Source of the DNA: Bdellovibrionales bacterium | Lineage (GTDB): Bacteria > Bdellovibrionota > Bdellovibrionia > Bdellovibrionales > UBA1609 | Length of the DNA stretch: 64,000 nucleotides | Direction: 5' to 3' | Assembly (NCBI GenBank): GCA_965203095.1 | Contig: OZ241877.1 | Location: forward strand, 640,001-704,000 | Shown: piece by piece, positions 9,640-17,351 of the stretch | Position numbering within the stretch: the first letter of the stretch is position 1 | Layout of the letters: each line of letters begins with the position of its first letter | Made by a program: the position numbers and the translations under genes | Notes under the pieces: model-generated | What the model saw: the letters and a program-made list of their open reading frames with translations, nothing else | What the model was told of the DNA's origin: nothing | Database searches by the model: none

Positions 9640-10926
9640 GTGAAAATATCAAATTTAAAAATTAAAAACATTAAGTGCTTTAAAGAAATTGAAATTCCAT
9701 TTGAGGATAATGGAGAAATAAAAAAATGGTCTCTTGTTGTGGGAAACAACGGAGACGGCAAAACTACTATTCTAAGGTGTCTTGCACTTGGATTGTGTGA
9801 TGAATCTGGAGCCTCAGCCCTTTTAGCAGAATTATATGGCTTTTTACGAGAACATGAAGAAAAAGGCTCTATTGAAGTTATTTTAAAGGATGAAAATGAA
9901 AACAAAAAATACCAAATAAATACAGAGATAACTCTAAAAGGAAACAACGAATCTGTTTCTCAAAAGATATATCCCTTAAATTCTAAAAATGAACGAGATA
10001 AAGAAATAACTGCAACAGAATTAAATGATCTCAGGGATAAAATTTTTGCTATTGCTTACGGATCAGGTAGAAGCATCACCGGCACAGAATCGTATGAAGA
10101 ATATGCAGTTGTTGATTCTGTATATTACCTTTTTAATTATAAACATCCTTTACAAAATGCAGAACTTGGAGCACGGAGAATAGAATCTAAATCTAAAAAA
10201 CAACTCAATGAATTAACAAATTGTCTAAAAAAAATATTAATGTTAAAAGATAACGATGAGATTATACTGAACCCAAAAGGTTTGTTTATGAAAACGAACC
10301 AATGGGGGCTTAGGTCTTTTAATTCCTTAAGTGATGGTTATCAATCACTTACAACTGTGATCATAGATTTTTTAAGCTGGAGGCTTTTGTATGACAGCAA
10401 AAGTTTTGATTTAAGCAAAACTTCAGGCATTTTTATTATTGATGAAGTGGAGCAACACTTGCACCCTAAGTGGCAAAGAAACATTATAAACATTCTTGCC
10501 CAACAGTTTCGGAATATACAATTTATAGGTGGCACACATACTCCTATTTGTGCTTTAGGACTTAATGACTTAGAATGCAAATCACAACTTATTAAAACCT
10601 CTTATGTGAATAATCACAGTGAGGTGGAGAGTTTGGATATGAAGGAAACCTATAAAGGCTACAGAGTGGATCAAATATTGACCTCCGATATTTTTGAATT
10701 AACAAGTGCAAGAAGTAAAAAAATGCAAAAAACCCTTGAAGATTATCAGAATATTTATTTAAAAAGAGAGAATGAAAGAACCACACAAGAGATAGAAAGG
10801 ATGAAGCAAATAGAAAAAGAGCTTAAAGATCTTCCAATGTGGGATACCCTGCGGGATAAAAGGATAAGAGAGCAACTGTCTCACTTGCTTGAACAAAATC
10901 AAGGCACTAAACATGATAAAGATTGA
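9640..10926 (+). CDS. ABC/AAA_21-type ATPase (PtuA/Septu-like)
   Basis: Walker A GNNGDGKT, signature LSDGYQ, Walker B IIDEVEQHLHPKWQ, THTP; GTG start. Confidence 0.85.
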   Translation: MKISNLKIKNIKCFKEIEIPFEDNGEIKKWSLVVGNNGDGKTTILRCLALGLCDESGASALLAELYGFLREHEEKGSIEVILKDENENKKYQINTEITLKGNNESVSQKIYPLNSKNERDKEITATELNDLRDKIFAIAYGSGRSITGTESYEEYAVVDSVYYLFNYKHPLQNAELGARRIESKSKKQLNELTNCLKKILMLKDNDEIILNPKGLFMKTNQWGLRSFNSLSDGYQSLTTVIIDFLSWRLLYDSKSFDLSKTSGIFIIDEVEQHLHPKWQRNIINILAQQFRNIQFIGGTHTPICALGLNDLECKSQLIKTSYVNNHSEVESLDMKETYKGYRVDQILTSDIFELTSARSKKMQKTLEDYQNIYLKRENERTTQEIERMKQIEKELKDLPMWDTLRDKRIREQLSHLLEQNQGTKHDKD

Positions 10927-11689
10927 ACGCAATAAAGTGCCTCAAAACACCAGCATGGATCAGAAGAAAGCTACAGAGCTTGAAAAGATCAAAAAAGCCA
11001 TTGATAAGAAAAGCAAACCACAATTTGTGCCTTTATGGACAAGAGACAGGAAAGTAAAAGAATATCTTGGTAAGTCTCAATATGGAAAATGTTGTTATTG
11101 TGAGCAAAAAAGGAATCTGGCGGAATCTGATGTGGAGCATTTCCGGCCTAAAGCTGAATTAAAGGAAAACAAGAAGCACCCGGGCTATTGGTGGCTGGCA
11201 TATAGTTGGGATAATTTACTTATATCATGTAAAAAATGCAATAATCGTAAAGGGACAAATTTCCCTCTCAAAGATGAAAGTAAAAGAGTTTTCTCTGAGA
11301 AAGATGACCTACAAAAAGAAGAACCCTTTTTAATTAACCCTTTAACTGAAAACCCGGAAAAATTTATAAAATATGATATTCCTGAGAATAACACAAAGCC
11401 ACCGATGATAAAAGCCATTGGAAAATGTGAAAGAGGGGATAAAACAGTAAATGAGCTGACAGGAATAAACTCTGAAAATGTTCCTTTAAGGAGGGCGGAA
11501 AAGTTTGAGCATTATTTATATTTATGCAAGTATCTTGCCTTACTTAAAAAAGATAATTCAAACAATTGTGCTGAAATAGAGCAAGTTAAAAAAGATATGA
11601 GAAAAATGCAAGATTCATCCAGTGAATTTGCAGGTCTGGCCAGAGATTATTTTATTCGAGTTCTAGGCTTAAGAGGCTTAAATGATTGA
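10913..11689 (+). CDS. HNH endonuclease (PtuB-like)
   Basis: GKCCYCE, DVEHFRPK, YWWLAYSWDNLLISCKKCNNRKG..FP, LINP. The ATG at 10913 overlaps the end of the ATPase gene. Confidence 0.85.
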   Translation: MIKIERNKVPQNTSMDQKKATELEKIKKAIDKKSKPQFVPLWTRDRKVKEYLGKSQYGKCCYCEQKRNLAESDVEHFRPKAELKENKKHPGYWWLAYSWDNLLISCKKCNNRKGTNFPLKDESKRVFSEKDDLQKEEPFLINPLTENPEKFIKYDIPENNTKPPMIKAIGKCERGDKTVNELTGINSENVPLRRAEKFEHYLYLCKYLALLKKDNSNNCAEIEQVKKDMRKMQDSSSEFAGLARDYFIRVLGLRGLND

Positions 11690-12845
11690 GAAACTTCCAT
11701 ATAAAAACAATTTGCCACCAAACACACCGTATTTTCTTTTTGATAAAGAGAATTTAAGAGAGAGATTATTCTTACATAAAACAATAGAGAGAAAATCAAA
11801 TATTAAATTAGTTTATTCTATTAAATCTCTCTCGCATATAGAAATTCTTAAAGAAATTGCAAAACATATTAAAGGTTTTTCTGTCAGTTCCCTTTTTGAA
11901 TCAAATTTAGTTAAATGTATAACTAATAAACAACATACAATTCATTTTATAAGTCCCGGGATTAAAGCTGGCCAATGGGATATGATCTCTAAAACAGCTC
12001 ATTTTGTGACATTCAATTCTGTAGAACAGTTTATGAGGTTTAAAAACAAGCTAAAATCTAAAACAAGTTATGGGATTCGTTTAAATCCTGAAATATCTTT
12101 CATTTCCGATTCTCGTTATAATCCTTGCAGAAAATCTTCTAAATTAGGAGTGCCTCTATCAGATATATTAAAATTTTTAGAAAAATCAAGATATGCCAAA
12201 CAATTAAAAGGGCTACATTTTCATAATAACTGCGATAGTCATAATTTATCTGAACTCACAAAAACTTTTAAACAAATTGAATTTTATTTAGGGAAATATC
12301 TAAATAAATTTGAATGGATTAACCTTGGAGGAGGATACTTATTCAATAACTCAAATGATATAAATACCTTCTATTATTTAATACAATATATTAAACAAAA
12401 ATATAAATTCAAGAATATCATTATAGAACCTGGAAGTTCTTTAGTGCGAGATACTGCTTATCTTGTTTCCTCAGTTATTGACATATTCAAAAGAGAGGGA
12501 AAAAACATAGCCATTTTAGATACAACAACTAATCATTTGCCAGAAGTTTTTGAGTATCAATATACCCCCAATATAGTAGAATCTAACACTTCAGGTCCTT
12601 ATGAGTATATGTTAGCAGGTTGCAGTTGCTTGGCAGGAGATATTTTTGGAACATATTTTTTTAAAAAAAAGCTTAAAATAGGTTCAAAGATAACATTTAA
12701 TAAAGTAGGAAGTTATTCTCTTGTAAAAGCTAATATGTTTAACGGAATTAATTTACCTGATATTTATTATTTAGAAAATAACATGCGGTTAAAAAATATA
12801 AAAAATTATACTTTTAATGATTATATGAACTATTGCGGAGGATAA
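11682..12845 (+). CDS. PLP-dependent carboxynorspermidine decarboxylase-like enzyme (Orn/DAP/Arg decarboxylase family)
   Basis: TPYF, YSIKS (PLP Lys), RLNPE..YNPC..SKLG, GLHFH, NLGGG, IEPG, AGCSCLAGD, GSY..FNGINLP. Confidence 0.85.
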   Translation: MIEKLPYKNNLPPNTPYFLFDKENLRERLFLHKTIERKSNIKLVYSIKSLSHIEILKEIAKHIKGFSVSSLFESNLVKCITNKQHTIHFISPGIKAGQWDMISKTAHFVTFNSVEQFMRFKNKLKSKTSYGIRLNPEISFISDSRYNPCRKSSKLGVPLSDILKFLEKSRYAKQLKGLHFHNNCDSHNLSELTKTFKQIEFYLGKYLNKFEWINLGGGYLFNNSNDINTFYYLIQYIKQKYKFKNIIIEPGSSLVRDTAYLVSSVIDIFKREGKNIAILDTTTNHLPEVFEYQYTPNIVESNTSGPYEYMLAGCSCLAGDIFGTYFFKKKLKIGSKITFNKVGSYSLVKANMFNGINLPDIYYLENNMRLKNIKNYTFNDYMNYCGG

Positions 12846-12848
12846 AGT

Positions 12849-14249
12849 TTGATGAATTTTTTTGAAAAAGAAATTTTAATATCAAAAGTTAAAAATAATA
12901 AAAAATTGCTTTTTTATCTTAAAGAAAAAATTTCCTCCATATTAGGTAAAGAAGGGCTATTTCCTATTAGATTCATTATTACAAATAGTTCCAATCAAGA
13001 ATATAAATGTGAAGTTAGTGTTTTAGATACAAAAAATATGAGTGGGTTTAAAGAAGCAGAATATTTATTTGAATTTCAAAAACGCCAGTTTGAAAACACA
13101 AAAACTTTTAATGTCGTTTTTATAGTTCCTACAGGAATAGGAGCTGAAATAGGAGGCCATGCAGGGGATGCTACTCCAATCGCAAGGCTAATAGCCTCTG
13201 CTTGTGACACTTTAATTACTCATCCCAATGTTTGTAATGCATCAGATATCAACGAAATGCCAGAGAACAGTATGTATGTTGAAGGGAGCACTATCTGTCG
13301 TGTGATGATGGGCACAATTGGCTTACAACCAGTAAGATCAAATAGAATTTTAGCTGTTATAGATAATAATGAACATAAAATTTTTGAGAATACTGCCATA
13401 AACTCTATAAATGCGGCAAGAGCTACTTTAGGTATTAACTGCTCAAAAATTATAAAATTATTACCGCCTATTTCAATGACATCAAAATATTCATCTTCTA
13501 AAAGAGCTGTTGGAAATATCAAAGATATAAATAATCTATTTTCTATTATAAAACAACATCAAGGAGATCATGACGCTGTTGCTATTTCATCTATAATTAA
13601 AGTTCCTAAAAATTATCATAAGGATTATTTTCTTAGTAAAGGAGACATGATTAATCCTTGGGGAGGAGTAGAGGCTATGCTAACTCATGCTCTTTCATAT
13701 AAATTTAATATACCTTCCGCACACTCTCCAATGTTTGAAACTCCTGAAATTGCTAATATGGATCCTGGAATCGTAGATGTTAGAATGTCTGCCGAAGCTG
13801 TTTCTGCCTCTTTTTTCCATTGTGTTCTTAAAGGCTTGCACAAGAGTCCAAAAATTATAACTGAGAAAGATGCATTCTACTCCGACGGTATTATATCAGC
13901 AAAAGATATTTCTTGTTTAGTAATACCCGATGGTTGTTTAGGACTTCCAACTCTTTCAGCTTTAGAGCAAGGAATTAAAGTTATTGCTGTAAAAGAAAAC
14001 AAGAATTTAATGTGTAATGACTTATCTACTTTACCATGGAGTAAAGGGCAGTTTTTCCAAGTTGAAAATTATTTAGAGGCTGTTGGTATATTAAATGCAA
14101 TAAAAAATGGCATCAATCCAAAATCTGTAAGGCGTCCATTTCAAACATTATCAAGTGAATGTGAAATAAACCAAGCATTGACAAAACAAAATAAACAAAA
14201 CAAGCATACAATATTATCTGTATTTCCTAAACTATGGCAAAAGCATTAA
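12849..14249 (+). CDS. DUF3326 family protein (function unknown) with ~85-aa N-terminal extension
   Basis: IVPTGIGAEIGGHAGDATP, LITHPNVCNAS, YVEGS, GGVEAMLTH, IPSAHSP, VENYLEAVG match my recollection of DUF3326. Confidence 0.75.
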   Translation: MMNFFEKEILISKVKNNKKLLFYLKEKISSILGKEGLFPIRFIITNSSNQEYKCEVSVLDTKNMSGFKEAEYLFEFQKRQFENTKTFNVVFIVPTGIGAEIGGHAGDATPIARLIASACDTLITHPNVCNASDINEMPENSMYVEGSTICRVMMGTIGLQPVRSNRILAVIDNNEHKIFENTAINSINAARATLGINCSKIIKLLPPISMTSKYSSSKRAVGNIKDINNLFSIIKQHQGDHDAVAISSIIKVPKNYHKDYFLSKGDMINPWGGVEAMLTHALSYKFNIPSAHSPMFETPEIANMDPGIVDVRMSAEAVSASFFHCVLKGLHKSPKIITEKDAFYSDGIISAKDISCLVIPDGCLGLPTLSALEQGIKVIAVKENKNLMCNDLSTLPWSKGQFFQVENYLEAVGILNAIKNGINPKSVRRPFQTLSSECEINQALTKQNKQNKHTILSVFPKLWQKH

Positions 14250-14286
14250 ATTATTGGTTCATAAATATTTTTCTCAACATTTTTAA
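14250..14286 (-). repeat. right bipartite inverted repeat of the four-gene cassette
   Basis: Reverse complement reads TTAAAAATGTTGAGAAAAA-tattt-ATGAACCAATAAT; 18/19 and 12/13 identity to the two blocks of the left repeat. Confidence 0.75.
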
Positions 14287-14533
14287 TATAAAAAATCTAC
14301 TACATCTTCCTGAAAGGATTGGGCTTGTTTTCTCAAACATATTTCCAAAAAAGAACCTCGCACTAAATCAACTTGATCTCTTAGAGAGTCTGAAAATTCT
14401 TTAGCTCCTTTTGCCTTAAAAAACTTTATAAGTTTTTTGTAGTATTCCTAAAACTTGCAAGATAAAATGAACTATTATATTTTTTTTCACTCTGCCATTT
14501 TTCTCTTGCAAGTATAAGCCAATATCAACCTGC

Positions 14534-15868
14534 TCAGTAACGGTAGTTTTGTGATTTGAATGGCCCTTCCTGAGGCACATTCAAGTATTCTGCCTGTGAC
14601 TTACTCAGTTTTGTAAGTTGAGCCGATAGTTTCCCTAAGTGCAAACGAGCCACCTTTTCATCTAAAATTTTAGGCAGAACATGAACACCAACAGGATAGT
14701 CTCTATGGTTTTGCCAAAGCTCTATTTGAGCCAAAACCTGATTGGTAAAAGAAGTGCTCATTACAAAAGAAGAATGCCCTGTCCCGCAAGCCAAATTAAC
14801 TAAACGGCCCTCTGCCAAAACAATAATTTCCCTCCCATTAGAGAGGCGATGGATTTGGACCTGATCTTTAACCCGCCGGGACTGGCTGTTTGCCTTAAGC
14901 CACTTCATATCCACTTCCACATCAAAATGGCCAATGTTGCAAACAATAGCTCCTGATTTCATTTTTTCAAAATGCTCTTTTTGAATGACCCCCTTGCAAC
15001 CAGTAGCTGTGACGAAAATATCCATCTCATCAGCCACATCCTGTAGCCGAACCACCTCATACCCCTCCATACGAGCCTGAAGGGCACATATCGGATCAAT
15101 TTCTGAAACAAAAACCCTGGCACCAAAAGAACGCAAACTTTGGGCAGAACCTTTGCCCACATCTCCATAACCAGCCACCAAAGCCTTTTTTCCGGCTATC
15201 ATAATATCTGTTGCTCTTTTTAAACCATCAGCTAAAGACTCCCGGCAACCATAAAGATTATCAAATTTAGATTTTGTCACAGAGTCATTCACATTGATAG
15301 CTGGAACTTTTAAACGGCCTTTTTGGTTCAATTTTTTTAAGTATTGAACTCCTGTAGTGGTTTCTTCTGAAAGCCCCCGGACATTTTTCATCAAACTCGC
15401 CTGCCCGTCTTCATGCATAAATTTTGTAAGGTCCCCTCCGTCATCAATGATCAAATCAAAACCCTTCCCGCCCCAACCATAAACAGACTGCTCGATACAC
15501 CAATGATACTCTTCTTCTGTCTCCCCCTTCCAAGAAAAAACGGGAACTCCGGCCTGAGCTAAAGCCACCGCGGAATGATCTTGTGTGGAGTAAATGTTAC
15601 AGGAAGACCACCTCAGCTCAGCTCCTAATTTGAGCAAAGTCTCTATCAAAACGGCGGTCTGAATAGTGACATGAAGGCAACCTGTGATTTTAGCCCCTTT
15701 TAGAGGGGCGAGAGGCCCATACTCCTCTCTTAAAGCCATAAGCCCAGGCATTTCCACTTCAGCTAAGCGAATCTCCTCCCGCCCCCATCGAGCCAGCTCT
15801 TCAAACTGCTTTTTGTTCCCCATAGAGGCGACCTTATAATCAGAAAAAATATTTTTAGCAGGGATCAT
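14534..15868 (-). CDS. ahcY: adenosylhomocysteinase
   Basis: [51 protein letters not shown]. Confidence 0.97.
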   Translation of the reverse strand: MIPAKNIFSDYKVASMGNKKQFEELARWGREEIRLAEVEMPGLMALREEYGPLAPLKGAKITGCLHVTIQTAVLIETLLKLGAELRWSSCNIYSTQDHSAVALAQAGVPVFSWKGETEEEYHWCIEQSVYGWGGKGFDLIIDDGGDLTKFMHEDGQASLMKNVRGLSEETTTGVQYLKKLNQKGRLKVPAINVNDSVTKSKFDNLYGCRESLADGLKRATDIMIAGKKALVAGYGDVGKGSAQSLRSFGARVFVSEIDPICALQARMEGYEVVRLQDVADEMDIFVTATGCKGVIQKEHFEKMKSGAIVCNIGHFDVEVDMKWLKANSQSRRVKDQVQIHRLSNGREIIVLAEGRLVNLACGTGHSSFVMSTSFTNQVLAQIELWQNHRDYPVGVHVLPKILDEKVARLHLGKLSAQLTKLSKSQAEYLNVPQEGPFKSQNYRY

Positions 15869-16028
15869 TTTATTTTTATAATGTCTTTGTAAAGATATGT
15901 CTACAAAATCCTTTGGCTTTTTGGAGTTTTCTCACAGAAAATCATAAAAGCACTAAACAGTGGCCCGTGAAAAACCTCTATAATTCAAAGGGGATTTTTC
16001 AGTTTCTTTGCCTAAAGGCCGTCTTTCC

Positions 16029-16787
16029 TTATTGCTGAGAGAGGTTTTTTATTATTCTCCAGCTCTCATCCTTTGAACATTGTAAAGCTATATAACATTC
16101 CAAACAAAAATTATCCTGCTCAGCGATCTTCAAAGGGAGATTATCAAAAATGTCGTCAATACAAAGTTGAGCTGAATCATAGTTTTCCGCATTCACAACA
16201 ATTCCTTTTTCCTCATTAGTAATTCTATAAGAGGAATGGCTAACAAGCTCCATAAGCATAGTTTCCACTTCTTCTGGATAATTCCAACGAATATAGTCCC
16301 AAGGGCTGGCCCCATATACATCCAATATATCTAAATCCGCTCCGGCCTCCACTAACATTGTAATAATTGAGACATCCACCTCAAACATTAAAGCTTTGTG
16401 CAAAGGGCTTTCACCGTCTTTATTCAAAACATTTACACTTGCCCCTGCATCCAATAAAAGTTGAGTCATCTTAAAGCTGTTATGGCTAAAAACAGATAAA
16501 TGCAAAGGAGTATCACCTTTACTATTCTGAGCGTTCACATTCGCACCTTCTGACAGCAAAAATTGAGCCACATTGGGATCAATATTGAATCTAACTGCCC
16601 CGTGCAAAGCGGTCCCTATGTCACCTCTGAAGTTTATGTCAGCACCTTCAGCCAATACCTCTTGCACCTCCTCTACAGTCCCCAACTGAGATAAATTCAG
16701 AAGAGCTGTTCCCAACTCGTTGGGAGTCCTATCGGAAAAAGCCATAAAAGGACCTGCAAATAACACAATAGCTAATAAAATCCTCAT
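16029..16787 (-). CDS. secreted ankyrin-repeat protein
   Basis: GTALH, GDTPLH, GESPLH repeats. Signal peptide from MRILLAIV after an AAGGAGG RBS; the upstream MDSRFHGND comes from a palindromic repeat. Confidence 0.85.
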   Translation of the reverse strand: MRILLAIVLFAGPFMAFSDRTPNELGTALLNLSQLGTVEEVQEVLAEGADINFRGDIGTALHGAVRFNIDPNVAQFLLSEGANVNAQNSKGDTPLHLSVFSHNSFKMTQLLLDAGASVNVLNKDGESPLHKALMFEVDVSIITMLVEAGADLDILDVYGASPWDYIRWNYPEEVETMLMELVSHSSYRITNEEKGIVVNAENYDSAQLCIDDIFDNLPLKIAEQDNFCLECYIALQCSKDESWRIIKNLSQQ

Positions 16788-16799
16788 AACAACCTCCTT

Positions 16800-16826
16800 A
16801 TCATTCCCGTGAAAACGGGAATCCAA
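16800..16826. repeat. palindromic repeat (ATTCCC-N8-GGGAAT family)
   Basis: TCATTCCCGTGAAAACGGGAATCCA, identical to cores at ~39702 and ~44431. Confidence 0.8.
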
Positions 16827-16915
16827 AATTATTTGTCTGTTTTATAACTTACATTTCCTTAAAAATCAATTTTTTTTCTAAAAAGTGAAAATTTTACAAA
16901 AGACAAAGAATATAA

Positions 16916-17005
16916 TGGCGGAGAGGGAGGGATTCGAACCCCCGAGACCTGTGAAGGTCTGCCGATTTTCAAGACCGGTGCAATCAACCGCTCTGCCACC
17001 TCTCC
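16916..17005 (-). tRNA. tRNA-Ser (TGA)
   Basis: GGAGAGG acceptor, anticodon loop CT-TGA-AA, long variable arm, GGTTCGAATCC, CCA end. Confidence 0.97.
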
Positions 17006-17093
17006 AAAAAAAATCTTTTTTATTAACTTCCTGCTTTTAAACTCAAAATAAACTTTGTCCTACCACTTCTCAAAAAAAAATTCTGTTAAAAAT

Positions 17094-17351
17094 TTAAGCC
17101 ATAACTATTACCGTATAAAATTTCAGAGAGACAAGCAAAAAAGCTAAACATATATCTAAAACTAAAAGGCGGGGCCACTTCCAACCCTTTACAAACTGCA
17201 AAAAAGCCCAACTGATAGAAATCATCAAAAAAACAAAAGAAAACAAGCCAAAAGCCAAAAACTCCTGCCCGATAAGAGTCAAAATATAAGCGACACAAAG
17301 GGCAGAGCCAAGCTTAAGTATCGATAAAGCTATTTTTTTTATAGACTTCAA
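17094..17351 (-). CDS. small membrane protein
   Basis: 85 aa with three hydrophobic segments; abuts the TPR gene. Confidence 0.6.
   Translation of the reverse strand: MKSIKKIALSILKLGSALCVAYILTLIGQEFLAFGLFSFVFLMISISWAFLQFVKGWKWPRLLVLDICLAFLLVSLKFYTVIVMA

Noticed and set aside
9640..11689. Retron (Ec78-type) call for the ATPase + HNH pair
   Set aside because: No reverse transcriptase ORF in the window and no convincing msr/msd region; the upstream gap is short and occupied by the inverted repeat.
6111..14533. Integrative element with att sites at tRNA-Asp
   Set aside because: No integrase nearby, and I could not find a duplicated tRNA 3' end at the far boundary.
14534..15868. ahcY as part of the island (SAM/polyamine link) or under an SAH riboswitch
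   Set aside because: It is convergent, outside the inverted repeats and backbone-like in composition; no riboswitch-like structure is visible upstream.
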